A stretch of 64,000 nt of DNA, from NCBI GenBank assembly GCA_030704615.1, contig CM060731.1, forward strand, positions 15,500,001-15,564,000. Direction: 5' to 3'. Source of the DNA: Takakia lepidozioides (Eukaryota > Plantae > Bryophyta). Below the pieces are notes generated by a model, which ran no database searches, was not told the origin of the DNA, and worked only from the letters and a program-made list of their open reading frames with translations. Shown piece by piece: positions 10,900-24,709 of this stretch (position 1 is its first letter; every line of letters starts with the position of its first letter). The translations under genes were made by a program, and so were the position numbers.

Positions 10900-13474
10900 A
10901 ATTCAAGGCCGAAAGAACAGAAACGGGAGATTCCATTCGAAGCCAAATGTAACAAATTCTACAACAATTAGTTTGAATCCTGACCCTGGTTCTCCTGTGA
11001 TTGATGTGATGATAGATGTTGTTGTCATCACCGGTGTCCAGGTGGATGGAGGCTCCAGTGTCAATCTAATGAGTGCTAATACAATGAAGGAACGTGGGTT
11101 GGGTTAGCTGTAATCTACGCGCTTGATTTTAAGGATGGCTGACCAGAGCAGCTCGTCATCGTCTTATTAACTCCATCCGTCCAACTATTTTGACGGATGT
11201 CATCCATCCATTTTAAATAAATAAATAAAGCACCAATGATATAGGTTAGGTGCATTTAAGCACCGACACCTAGTTAAAATATTTAACTAATTCTTCCTAG
11301 AGTGTCCATTAATATAATATATAATCTTTTTATTTTAATCCGTTAGATCTATCCCCTCCATCTGGATGGACTAGATCAAGCCACGTGTTTATCATCCATT
11401 TGTTGTCATTGTCATCCATTTTATTTTTGTCATCCAAATTGTAATCTCTCATCCATCCGTTGATTTCATCCGTCTGTAACTTTCATCCCTCCATAATTTT
11501 CATCCATCTACCATCCTGGGACATGACCAACTTAAGTTGGTACATGGTCTGTTTTTAAGTCCTTATGAATGTTGCTTCTCATCCATGTTATTCATCCGTT
11601 TGGGAAGTAAGGATCGCTATCCTTGATCAACCAATATCCAACGGTTCACATTTATCCTTGTTTTCCCATTAGCTCCATTTCCCGTGCTATGTTGAGATCG
11701 GGGAGAGGTTCCCATGCTTGAAGTAGTGAGTTGTAGCGTTGTTCTGAGAGTCGTCTGCTGGTGAGATCCTCCAACAAAATAAGCATATTTTCCTACATTT
11801 GTTAACTTACAAAGACATCGATCCTGAATCATTCTTGGCGCTGAAGACTATTCATTGATTTCTAGATACTTCCATACCATGTAACTCATACCATGTAACC
11901 TCTAGAGTGTTGTCCGCAAACCAAAAGCCGAGTTCCTGTAACTGCCGATTCTTTGTCAGAAATTTCAAAGGTATGAGCCACAGGGCAGTCTGGCAGACAT
12001 CGCCACCACGTACTAACGGAATCAAACGCCCACCACTTCCGTGCATTTATGAGAGGTTGTACATTGTGTGCAGGACCAGCCGACATGTAAACCCATTCTT
12101 CCTTGATCTCTATCCGTTTGCGAGTCTCAAAGACGTCGTTGCGGCCGTCGTCGCCAACCACCAACAACGCATTCTGTCATTTCTTACAAACGTCTTTCAA
12201 CGGAAGATAGTACAAGCGAGACACCCTCGTGATGATAGCTACTCCGATTCCGCGCTCTCCTATTCTCCGCAAGGCAACTACTCTCCACACTTGTCATCCC
12301 TGAGTTCACTCCACGTCGATTTGAGCTATGCAGCTTCTGTGCTTCCCTCTTTGATTCCATGCACCAACGACATGAGGTTAAGAACCAAGCTAGAGATGTT
12401 TAATAGCGGAGACAAAGTCAGTGGAGCAGGCGAAACTCATTGCGGACATGAAGCAATAAGGATACCTTCCAGTAGTACCACCAGGTCGATGCCCAGAAGG
12501 ACAGGTACATCCTTGAGTTGCAGCAAACAATCACAGTACGAGAGAATGAGCTTTATGTGACTGACAATGCCTAGAAAGAGGCCAATAATCTGTCCGCTGC
12601 CTATGCAGCTCTGGTTGAACCTCATGCAAAGCGCATGGAGAGTTTACAGCAGCAGTTGGAAACATATAGACTCAAGGAGGAGCAGGATCTCCGTGGTGCT
12701 ACATAGGACTTGGTGGATAATCATCTTTTGCAAGAGTGGTTAACACATGATGTTGACAAATATTTGGAGAAACACCTCGAAGGCCCGTATATTTCCCAGC
12801 AAAGGCCGTCCGATTTTTCTTAAAGAACTACTTCTACATGGACAATTCCTCCACAGGGTTCTCCGCAGGAATGACTATCTCATTGGGGTTAGCAGATGTG
12901 CCTAGATTAAAAATTAGATATGGGTCTTTCTTTATCAATGGGGCACGATTATCGTCGGCAGAGTTTACCAATCGATATCCTCCGATATGGCTTCCGATTC
13001 CCAATCAGATTCATGTTGCACCATATAAGAAGGGCAAGCACCCTCCCATCTAAGAATAGCATCATCGGAATCATCATCAAAATTGCTAGGCCATGGATAT
13101 TCGCCTGGCCCCGCACAATGGAATATCCGCTTACTACGCATATATTTGGGATAAAGGAAGAATTTGAGTATTGGTGTCTGCTTCAGTGGCCAACCCTCCG
13201 CCAGCTCTGAGATAAACTCTGATTCTTCCTCCTGAGTCTCTCCATGGTAAGCCACTGGATACATCTGTAAAACAATCTTATGCTTCCCTTTGCCCAGGGT
13301 CAGGGTTCCTTTTCCCAAGTCATTCTTAGCCTTAGATTGGTATAGCCATGGCCTCCCCAACAAGATACGATAAGAATATGCTGATACATTCAATCGAAAG
13401 ACGATATAGTCAATACGATACTCCATCTCAGCCTTAATCATGGGATAGCTGGCGGAAAGACCGAACAGGGACAA
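10900..13474. mobile_element. Rearranged Ty3/Gypsy fragments; aspartic protease pieces in opposite orientations
   Basis: + strand 10980-11150: VQVDGGSSVNLM...LRMADQS; - strand 12965-13440: YRILLGRPWLYQSKAKNDLGKGTLTLG. Confidence 0.75.
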
Positions 13475-14984
13475 TCAGTCTCTTTCACTGAGCTTCCTTC
13501 ACTCTCTCTCGCGCTCTCTCTTCTTTCTTTCTTTCTTTCTCTCTCTCCTACTAGTCTCCCTTGCCAAAATTAGTTAGTTTAGTAGAACCAGAGGAAAAGC
13601 CTTTGTTCAAAGTGTGGCGCCTAGCGTGGAGTTGAAAATAATAGTAGGAACGGCGTTGTAGCTTATCGATCTCGGTTGGTTGATGAAGTCCAGTTGGTCG
13701 GAGAGTGTGAATCGCTCCCTCGTTGTATTCTGGTGGAAGCGAGTCCCGTTGATAATTTAATAATTTTTTTTCCTTGTATTATCGACATCTAGATTTCCTT
13801 CAAATTATCTAAGTACATATTCCATCGTCACTCTGATCTGAAATTTGAGCCAAAAAGTGAGAGATCGAGAATAGACGAGCATGGAGTAGAGAGATGTGGA
13901 GGGCGAGAGAGCGAAGGTGACGGCGAGTGTGAGTGCTAATAGAGTTTCTTATATACAAGTTGTCCTCAAGAAACAGGTCAGATTTAATTCTTCTAGTGTC
14001 TTAACTATAATCGTGGTGAAAGGTCAGGTAGGCCAAGCGGTTGGGATGCTCGTGTTTGTCAGAACGTCTGTTGAAATTCAGTCAGTCGTCTCTTTCAGTA
14101 TTCTCTTGTCAGGGGCTTATGTGTGTGCATATGAATTACGAATTTGAATTCTTTTGCCGCATGTCTGTCTGTGTATAGTGTATGTACAATGTATGATATG
14201 GATGATGGTTGTCTTGGTGTCTTAAATGCTAATGTCGTAGAGCCAAAATCATCAGCGAGAAGTGGAGTTCCTCTTATGTTTTTTTCTACGTTTGGTGACT
14301 GATCTGCGTGCAGGGTTGAACCATGAAGTGCTTGTGAATCTTAGTATGATCAGATTTAGAATCTTGTTGTATATGTTCTCTGTACATTTTGTTCCCTCTT
14401 GTGCATAAAAGAAAAATTCGTCTCGGTTGATCTGCATTCTTTTGGAGAAAATAGTCAACTTCGTACTACTGGTGCGAGTTCAGCGGGTGTGAAAAGACTT
14501 CTTACCTACATGTACTTTTTTTTTTGTACTGTAGATTTCTAGTTTTATACAACTTTCACAAAGTCGCGGGATCTTGTATTCTTCGCCTCAGTTCTTGATA
14601 CATGGTTCAGCCAGTAAAGGATAAAAAGAGGATAATATGCCTGCTCCATGACTCTTTTAAGGAAATTCTCTGCTACGTGAAATTACGACAAAGAGAAGAT
14701 GACGGTGCCTACTATGCAAGAGTTGTTTTATGGTAGAAATGAATCTACATGGATTGTAACCGATGCTTCCCTTCCACCTCCCATGATCTCTCCCACTGTA
14801 AAGGTTCCTTCACAGTGATATATTGTGACATACCTTCCCCCCGACCAGTAGGGATGCAACCGTTAAAATAACAATTTATTATTCGGTATGACCCTTGGGG
14901 TGTGAAGAGACACCATAAAATGTGCTCCATTCGGACGTTATTTTGTTAAAGTAATTAATGCAATATTATCACTTGAACACATGA

Positions 14985-15385
14985 ACTTGGGATTAGTGGT
15001 TAGGGAAGTTGTATCCACCTCATAAGGTTGAGGTTCAAATCCCCCTTCTTGCATCTCTATTTGTAGTTAGTTTTTTTTTGTTTTCTTGTGTTTATTTTCA
15101 TTGGATAGATCCTAGGAATGAATATTAAGTAGTTAGATTACTACTTGTACTATCACAAATCCACCTTGGTCTGTTGGTTAGGGACCTTTGTTGCATCGTC
15201 GATGTTGGGGGGTCAACCCTCGCTTGTTATAACTTAGTTGGTTTTGCTTATATTTAAAAACCCTTGAAATAGCTCTATAAGTAATTAGATAGGCTAATTG
15301 GTTTTGAATGGTTCTTGATGGACTTATTGCTTAGGGGTTTAGCTCACACCTCCGAGGTTGGTGGTTCGAATTGCTGCCGCACTGC
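14985..15385 (+). repeat. Three degenerate tRNA-like (Pol III A/B box) units
   Basis: A-like/B-like pairs at 14988/15032 (GGTTCAAATCC), 15167/15210 and 15319/15363 (GGTTCGAA). Confidence 0.5.
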
Positions 15386-15989
15386 TCCCTCTAAGCAGTT
15401 TTGATTCTCTCTTTTTATTTCGGTTATACTAAGATTGTTTTGTTGGGCTGATCTTTTCCTTAGAATGATCTAATTGCTTATCTATTCTTGACTCACATAA
15501 ATTAATGGGAACTAGTTAAAACTAAGTAAATCAATATCCCTATCTTTTAAACGTAAATATATACATAAAATCCTTAAAAAAAAATTTAAAAAATAAAGTT
15601 GGTTGGTTGAAATTAAATTTTGTTGTTTGCTTAATAACTAATAGTTACACTAGGCTATCTCTTTATATATATATATATCCCGAAGTAATTATACATTCGC
15701 CTTACTTATTTCTAGACTATTGTTTTCGTAAATACATCAAGGAGTTAGCACTAACTGTTGGTTACAAATTACAAACGTAAACACTTATAACATAGAAAAT
15801 TTATAAATCCACACTAGTAGCACCCTTGGAGCTAAGCGACGCCTTCGGGACCTAACCTGGCTATGTCTAACACGAACCTTAAATTAAGTATGCAACTCTT
15901 AATGGGGTGCATTAATGGTTGACAAAATGCTAGGACTTCAAAGGACTTTGTCTAACGGTTGTGTCTTTACATAATTGTCTCTTGACTAA

Positions 15990-17690
15990 TCAAGAATATT
16001 CTACGTTCTAATATATATATTCTAACAAGAACATGATGTCTAACCAACATGCTCCATGGAGAGGAGATATAGTTGGTGAGGAGCCTAAGAACCCACTTGG
16101 CCAAAAGCGCATAGATCTGAGCTTGAGGGTCTAAAATGCCGAGCCCCCCATGCCTTCTTATTTTTAACAATCTGCTCCCAACAAACCAAGGCTCATTGGT
16201 TGGGAGAAGCTTGCATTGCACCCTAAAGGAAGTTTCTCATGATCAAGGATTTCAGAAGCTTGACAATCATAAAGCCATGAGACCATATAGAAGCAACAAA
16301 CCAAGTGGAGACCAAAAGAACCTGATTAATAGCAAGAGCCTGACCTGTGATCGATAAATTTAGAGAGCTCTAGTATGCTAATTTTCTTTTCAACTTAGCA
16401 ATGACAGGAGCGCAGCGCTGCTGATCATCTAAATCATGGCCAATAAGATAACCGAGCACAACATAGGCCTAACCATCCTTAAGCCAAAGAAGGCCAAGGT
16501 CCTAAATCCACAGAGCACAGTGAGCTACCGAAGAGAAATTCTTGAGCCTGGACATGATGCCAACTGATTTATTCCAGTTCACCTTGAGGCGTCAGAGGTC
16601 GAGCAAAAGAAAAACAAGGGCGCTTGAAGGGCGCAACTATTGCAGAAGGGGTATGTGTGCAACGTTTGTCTCAAATTGCTGTTATGTCTCTGATTCTACG
16701 TCTGGAATTGTGCGAAAATGTATTGGGATCGTGATACCGCTCAGAATTTCCTACAGAAATTGACACGGGCCTCTTGTGTAACACGATCGATCAGGGTGGG
16801 CGGGCATGATGCTGCAAGATCGGAGCAGCTTCATCTCCCGCAGTTCCTCATCTATAAATCTCAGTCTCTGTCCGATATCGGGACTGAGTGACTTACATTA
16901 GAGAGAGAGTTGTTGTCAATGAAAAGAACCGTGTCATCTGCATAAAGAGATGCTTTGATGTTGTGGGAGGGGTTAGGGATCTGGAGACTTTGAGGCCTTC
17001 GATGATAGTAGATGCCTCTAGAAGATGACCACGGCCATAAGCTACCAAGGTCCAGGAGAAACAGAAAGAGTGCTAAGAGGTAGCATTGTTGCACTGACCT
17101 CTTGAGGGGGAAGAAAGAAGAGAGGGCCCCATTAACAATGACTTTGCTAGAGGCAGAGTGGAGCAAAATATGAATCCAGGACAAGAAGCAACCATAAAAG
17201 CTAGATTTGGCCAGAGTCCCCAACAGAAAGTCCCAATTGACATTATCAAAAGCCTTATTTTAAATCCAACATTAGGAGTGACAGGGGCTGATCAGCCTCC
17301 CTTGCCTGATGAAGGGCCTCAAAGGCAGGAGGACATTATCCAGAATCATCTGGGTTTTCTGAAACTAGTATGCTTAGGACGGATTAATAAAGCAACGGTT
17401 GAAGCCTCAATGTCAAAGTCTTAGCAATGATTGTAGGTGGATTTTAAGAGGGTGATGGGGTGGTAGTTAGTAACAATGTATCGGTCTCCTTTTTTTAAAG
17501 AAGAGTAATGACACCTTGAGAGAGCTGAGAGGACATAATTTCTTTAGCAAATATATCATTAGCTATAGTATTGAAAAGAACTATCTAGCAAATTTTTGTC
17601 TAAGTTAATCGGCTGTAGCCTCAAAGGACATAACACTTAAGCAACCAATCAGATGTTAAGAGGTACATCTAGTAGTGACTCTTGCAGTCG
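15990..17690 (-). mobile_element. L1-type LINE RT fragment (degenerate), interrupted at ~16600-16870
   Basis: Pieces SSKVIVNG..KRSVQQ, SLYADDTVLFI and GGLGILDPQAQ..LLAKWV. Confidence 0.8.
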
Positions 17691-17729
17691 AATAGGTAAG
17701 AGCTCGGGGGAGAAGAACCATAGTTACTA

Positions 17730-20700
17730 TGGTGTCTTCGTGGTTGGGATGAGAGCTTCTGATTAATAAAACACATGGTGTTTTCTAGTGTATAATTCCT
17801 ATATCACGGTAGCATACTTTACGACATGTTATCAGAGCTTTGCAATAAGCCTCTATGCAAAATAGGATAGACAATAAAAGAAAAATTATATGAAGGACTA
17901 AAAGTCTAAGTAAAATTTGCTATGACCTCCATGTCAATGGATGCTCGTCTCATTGATAAATTAGATGGAGATAACTTCCATGTGTGGAAGATCAAAATGA
18001 AAGTGCTCTTGAGAAGGGAAAAGGTCTAGACCATCGTGGATGGATCAGAGCTTAGGCTAGCTCAAAGATCACCATTACTCCTTCCTGCAATAGGTGCAGG
18101 GAGTGTAACAGATTGGGAAGACAAGGATCTGAAAGCATTATCCACGATAATATTTTATTTGTCGAAAGATTCACAGATTCTTCATATAGCTTATGCTACA
18201 TCATCAAAAACAGGATGGGATCAGTTAGTGGCAATATTTAAAACTAGAGATGCGACCACTAAAATGTACTTAGAAACGTCGGTTTCATTAATATTGAAAA
18301 TGGCAGAAAGTGATAGCATAACTGATCACATTAGTGCATTTAGTAATCTGGTCGACCAGCTCGCTAGTGTTGGAGTAGCAATCGATGAGGTTGAAAAGAT
18401 ATTAACATTGCTTAATAGTCTTCCTCCCTCATGAAGTATCCAGAGTAGCTAACGGAAATCAGCCCGGTCTAGCATTTCAACAATATCTAGGATATGTGCT
18501 GAACGAGGAATTGAGGAGAAAGTCTACCATAGGCATTTCATCAACAGAGTCAGCTTTGTACAATGGAAAGAAGTCTTTCACCAAAAGGAGGTAATAATCC
18601 ATTTGTTGAAGTAGGCTCTAGTTGAGGTGGCTCATATGGTGGTCCTCAACCAACCAAAAAGAGACTTGGTAAGTGTTTCTACTGCAAGAAACCCGGACAT
18701 TTTGCAAAAGAATGTAGGATATAACAAATAGCAAAGAGAATTTATTAGACCGAGGAGCTCTCCTCCCAACCATAGAAGCCTCATGATCCAGAACAAGATG
18801 ATCGGCTTCACCCTCGAGCTCAAAGTTTACATAGTGCAAAAAGCTCACATCTTGCGATCACAAACACACCTATTTAGATCTATCCGTTCAAATCCAAAAC
18901 CAAGAGTCTTAATTGTTCAAACCTCCTAGATGTGGGGGGTGGTACTGCGTGAGCACAAAAGACGTGAACATAGCGTGAGCACAAAAAAATCACCACGTGA
19001 GCAGAATCACGGCTATGGGGGTAATATGTATATCAGCGCAAATACAAATAATAGGCAGACATAAGGACTTTACTACGCTAATAGGCAATACATGGTATCT
19101 GAATATAACTTAAACTTGAAGAATAGAATCCATGTGCACATGTCAGATAGCTCGAACCTCTAGAAAATCCAACATGAAATATTTGATGGCATAAAAACGA
19201 CCGAAAGGGAATTATTCCAAAATCCATGAAGAGGCAATGTAATCACAAAATGCATAAAATCAACAAAAAATATTAGTATGTATCCCTTAACTCCTTCAGT
19301 GTAGCCTACGAAAATGTACGCTTCACTTTTTGAATCCAATATTTGTCTATTCTCTTTTGGGATATGAGCATATGCTCGACACCCAAACACCTTAGAGTGT
19401 GATACACTTGGCTTCACACTTGTCTACACTTCTCTTGAAGTCATTCCCGAGATTGCTCTTGTAGGGGTTCTATTCTGAAGGTAGGTTGCAGTTCCCACTA
19501 CTTTTGCCCAAAAATAATAGGTGTCATCATCTAATAACACATATTGAGTAGGAGAAATAGTTTGTATGTAAGAAAATTATCTCTGTCCGGGGTCATATGT
19601 TGTTGACGCCCCAAAACCTACATACCATTTGTCACTTTGACCAAAAGAAGCTGAAAGGGAGACTACAAATAATACAACACCGTCATTCCTAGCCATTTTT
19701 CTAGTAGTTACAGTTGCTTATGAAGTATTGTCTCCATTTTTCTTTTCCTTCGCTATTCGTTTTCTGCAGTCCTTATCATATGACCAAGTTTCTTACAATA
19801 GAAGCATTTTATTTTAGACTTCTTTTTATATCCAGACTCACTAGATTCTCCTAACTCTTGTTTTTTAGGGGACTTCCAAGATTTTTTTTTATTACCAGAC
19901 TTTTCAGAGAATAATGCCTTATCTACTCCTGTAGATGTTGCCTTTCTTTCTTATTTCCTCTTTGAGTAATAGTCTTATGACATTATCCACCAATAGGTTG
20001 TTTTGTCCTGTTAGTGACACTACAAACCCGTCATAAGATTATGATATGACCCAAGCAACACGACTGTTGCATGTTCATCTAAAACCTTAGTGCATACTGC
20101 TTCGAGTTGTCTTTTTAAGACATTGAAGAAACTTGAGTGTAACTCTCTGTTTCACTCATTTTTAGACTGTAAAAACGAGTAGTGGCAAACAAATTTGACG
20201 TGACGTCTTTAGTCTCAAATATTGTGGCAACTTGTCCCAAGTCGCCATTGCGGTGGTAGCACTAGTTACCAAGTGCATTTGGTTATATCTCAGACTTATT
20301 ATAAGACTTGTTCTAGGGCCCTTTGATCTTTCCTGTCCCATGCAGTTTGACCATTGGTTGTGGCTAGCCCCACTAAAGTGTCGTCAATTACTGACCACAA
20401 GTCCTTGTCTAGGAGGATCATCTCTATTCTAATTTTCAAGTATGATAATTAGTTCCATCAAACCTATCCTCCAGAGTCCACTCTAGCATCTAACGTGTTA
20501 AAGTTAGATCCATGGTTGCCTAAATCTGAAGGAGGTGATGACGTCATGAGAGTCTACTCTCACTAATTACATAGATGGAATCTCTCTCCACTCATCTGGT
20601 CCTAAGACCATCTCTCTCTTTGCTTCCGATCTAAGCTAGCTCTGATACCATATAACAAATAACAAAGAGAATCTATTAGACCGAGGAGCTATTCTCCCAA

Positions 20701-21160
20701 CCATAGAAGCCTTATAATCAAGAACAAGATGATCGGTTTCACCCCCGAGCTCAAAGTTTACACAATGCAAGAGACTCACCTCTTCATATCACAAACACAC
20801 ATGTTTAGATCTATCTGTTTAAATCTAGAAGAACCAAGAATCTTAACTGTTCAAACCTCCTAGATGCTACTAACTAATAGTAACACCTAATCTGAGTATA
20901 GACTAACTACTTATTCGCATAGCTGATGAAAAGAATGGAGATTAGAAAAATATACAAGCTAATAATATCTCATCATTATTCATGATAGCCTACATTTCTC
21001 AAACCTCAAAGATCAATATATGGTATGTTGCTGGGGCAATACAACATGTGTCACCAAACAAAAATTAGAAAAAGTATTTCTTGGTGATGATACAAGTCGT
21101 CAAATAAGAGAGAAAGGAACTGTGTCAATTAAGCTTCAAAATGGATAAGTAAAGCACATC
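17730..21160 (+). mobile_element. Ty1/Copia element (outer): PBS, gag, zinc knuckle and protease start, split by a nested element
   Basis: PBS-like tgttatcagagc at 17827-17838; gag KLDGDNFHVWKIKM...LLNSLPPS; CFYCKKPGHFAKEC at ~18674-18715; coding resumes after ~20920. Confidence 0.8.
18720..20919 (-). mobile_element. Nested, internally deleted Ty1/Copia element with both LTRs
   Basis: LTR copies at 18720-~18930 and 20651-~20919; PBS (gctctgatacca on +) at ~20639-20650; degenerate gag at 19700-20600; integrase/SH3 piece FGCRAYAHIPKENRQILDSKSE at 19260-19520. Confidence 0.85.
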
Positions 21161-21164
21161 GCGG

Positions 21165-22863
21165 ATGTTAATTGATGATATAAAGTATCTAGTTTCTCAG
21201 TGCGTACAAATTCCAACATGGTATCCGAGCTAGGATGACAAGGTGTCACAAGTCCTAGGTTGTCACATTGAGACACATGAGAGTTGACTAGGAATAAATA
21301 GAAATGTAGAGAAAGAGTTGACATAATGTCAGGGCTAGCACAAGCTTTAGTGGCCCTGCTGGCACATGTAGTACTTTTGGTGCTACTGGTGGTGGTGTGT
21401 CAAGAGTAAAACGCTTGTTTGTTTGTAGTAGTAAATTTTCCCTGAGAATGCATTACACTATCAAACAATTTCACGGAAATTGAAGTTGGAAAGATGTTCA
21501 GATTCTCAAAAAGTTTCACAATGGAATCATTCAAAGGAGGTGCCTGAGAGGCAAAGCCAGTCTGCACTTTTGGGATGTGAGATACAGCTTCCAACTGCAT
21601 TAGTGGATGGCCTCAGAAATGGTAGAAAGGTCACCTCCGCGCCAAAGAATCTTTCTCTCTCTTTAAAGAGGAAGTTAGGCGGTCACTATAATCCCAACTT
21701 GAGAGAAAAAGATAGATTCAATGGTTCTAACTATAAAGAGTGGAGCACTAGAAACAAACATATTTTAGAAGAAAATGAGTTATGGGCATAGTGGATGGAA
21801 ACGTACCCAAACCTAATTTAAATGCACCACAAACACATATAAATGCATGGATTGTGGGAGATAGAAGAGCAAAGAATAATATAATGATTGATGTAGATAA
21901 TAACCACTTACATCACCTTCGGGGAGTGATAACAGCTCAAGAAGCATGGGAACAACTTGCAAATGTATTCCAGTCAAAGGTTTTAGTGTCCAAAATATAC
22001 ATAATTAGAACTTTTTATGGATGAAGAACGGAAGAAAAGGATCCAGTAGAACAGTATGTCAATAGTTTTCGCACATTTAGAACTAAGTTAGCAACTATAG
22101 GCATTGTCTTTCAAGAAGAAAATGCATCTATAGTTTTATTAACTACTCTACCAAAGAGTTATAGAGGGACGGTACGGTACAAGCACGACGGAATGCTGTA
22201 AACCTCACTTTGAATAAGGTAGTGAGTGCACTCCTAATGGAAGAGTCAAGTTAAAAAAAATCTGAGAAATGAGACAAACGAAAATGTTTTATTATATACA
22301 CGTGCGCAATTCAAGACGAAAAAGGATGTGACGTGTCACAATTGTCGGAAAATGACACTTTGCTTGAGAGTGTTGGAAACAAAAAAGGAAGAAGCGAGTC
22401 TTGCGAAGTTGTATTGAAGACTACGAATTGAAATTAAGGAGCTGAGGAAATAAAAATATGAAGTTTGGACCTCGCGAAGGTACAACAGATACGGACCACG
22501 AGAAGAAGCTTGCTATAGTGACTTCCTTGAAACTCAGAAAATTTCAAGTAGCTTCAAGATTTACAAGATGGACTTAAAATTCTTAAATGTTTTGCTACAG
22601 GGGGACTGCTGCAAAGTTGCAGCTTCAACATTCAACAAAAAGACACAACTATTGGGGTGTGATTCGAAAAGTCACATAAGTCAGATATCATAGGATATCT
22701 CAGAAATTTGGAGAACTATAAAAGAGAGCTGTATCTTTCACAAAATTACATATACAAAGATATATATATATATATATTAGATATGAGAGTTTCTATATAA
22801 TTAATAAAGTATGTAATTGATGATATAAACTATCTAGTTTCTCAATGTGTACAAATTCCGACA
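21165..22863 (+). mobile_element. Gag-only, Copia-like LTR element (TR-GAG-like, non-autonomous)
   Basis: Truncated 5' LTR 21165-21218, PBS tggtatccgagc 21219-21230, gag with zinc knuckle ~21700-22420, PPT 22599-22605, 3' LTR 22607-22863; no pol sequence. Confidence 0.8.
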
Positions 22864-22869
22864 ATAACA

Positions 22870-24360
22870 TCTGAGAAAGACAGGTTGTCAAAAGAGCTGA
22901 GCTTAATAAGGAGGAACTCCAGATTCGATATGAAAAACCTGAGGAATGGATTCATCGAAAGTAGCCACAACTGAAAATTTAGAGGGTAGAAGAAAAACCC
23001 TTGGACTTACAGAAGAGATAGAGGAAGAATCCACCCCTTTGTGCCTCTTTGCGGGAACGCCTGGGTGGGCCGTCCTTTAGCATGTACTTAGGAGCTTGGC
23101 CCCATCCCAGGTTTAGCCATTGCTGGGAAGGCGAAACGTCAGGTCGCCTGGAGGGGCCAGGGGTATCTTGCAAAGTACCCCATGACCGCTTAGCCCCATT
23201 AGGACGCAATGAGGCAGGAACAGATGTACGAACCGAGCCATGAGCGTCAGGAATGCCTGCCAAAGGACAAAATGCCATAACATGACCCTCACGGTTGCAA
23301 CCATGACATATAACCCTAAGATATTCTTCCTTCACAAGAACAGTTATAATAGAATCATCAAGTGTTCGAAGCTTGAGTGAAGGAGTGATACTGGCCGATT
23401 TGGGCATCATAACCGCAATGCGTGGAACACCACTGTCCAATAGGAATCATGATCAAGGAAATCGGCATGAATGCTCTGAGCATCAAGTTCCTCATGATCA
23501 GACATTGAAAGCACCAATATAAGCTTCGAAGTGAGTACTCGAAGAGATTTGAGATAATTGCCAAGGAGATAGGGTAGCGGGACCCTTGGTTTGCATGTGA
23601 CACCGCCTTTGTGCCCCCATTCCGTAGACCAAGGAAGAAGATGAACCTTGTAACTAGAACGCGTAGTGTTAAACTTCAAAGCACGAGCAGCATTCTCAGC
23701 CCAGTTTAACATAATCTCAAAGAAACTTCTACCCAGAGGATGACAAAAATGATGAGTTAAAGCCCCCATCAGCTCCAAGGTGTTCAAGCGTCCACCTGCA
23801 AGCCCATTTCCTATCTTTATCCGGCCCGGAAAATAAACAAGTATCCCTTGCTTGGAGAGCCTGGCAGACTGCGCCTTGATGATATCCAAGTGAAGGCCAA
23901 GCACTGGCTGCAAATCCTCAGTAGGACCAGCGTCCTCACTCCAGACCTCAGCCGCCTTGTCAGAAGATGAATGGGAGGAAGGAGGAGCATTCCCCAAAAG
24001 ACCCGGATCATGACGAACGTTCCTGGAAGAGGAGCCCCAATGCCTGGGCCTGTTATCTCTGAAGGGCCTAGGGCACCTATGAAAATCACCGCGAGGATGG
24101 GGGCCACAATAAACCGCCGAAACAAAGGAAGCCATGAGTAAGTAATCACAGAGAACAGCAGAACCCGAATCCAAGTAAGAAAAGTAGATCGACCAGAGCG
24201 GAGGGAAGGAAGAGGAATAATGTGAAGAAAAGCGAAAAGGATCTGAAAACCAGACAAGGGAGAGCCTAGAAATCTGTGAATTCATATTTGAGAGGTAACC
24301 AAAGCTAACAGAATGTAGTCTCATCAGAGAGTTCGTCAATGCAAGAGAATGAGACGAATC
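22870..24360 (-). mobile_element. L1-type LINE 5' portion / ORF1 fragment
   Basis: DUF4283-like segment (HPLGRSFFEI..LLPWS) and zinc knuckle CHGCNREGHVMAFCP. Confidence 0.65.
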
Positions 24361-24709
24361 AACCACATCCTGTATAGGAGTGACAAGCTGTTATAACTGT
24401 CCACTGACAATATGGACAAAATATATGTCGAACAGGAAGCACTGATGTAGACCTACAAGATAGGTATAATTGCCAAGCTGTGCCTGGTTTCACTGATGGA
24501 TTCAGACATTTCCCATCCATAATCGGCGTTGTAATATATGGTGGAAGGAATGGAATTGGTACCTAAGTCTCAATCATTTGGGAATCTTTGCAGCATTGGT
24601 AGAAAGTGTCACTTCCACTAACTTCAGGATTCCCTGAATGCCTAGAAATCCCTAAATTTTCTGCCCTAACATTTCAAGTGCTGCACTTTCTTTCATGCAT
24701 GGCAACTGT

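Noticed and set aside
14985-15385. Functional tRNA genes (also 43133-43205)
   Set aside because: No complete cloverleaf or acceptor stem.
13545-15825. CACTA element bounded by CACTAGTAG-like words
   Set aside because: The words are imperfect and oriented outward; no TSD or transposase was recognised.
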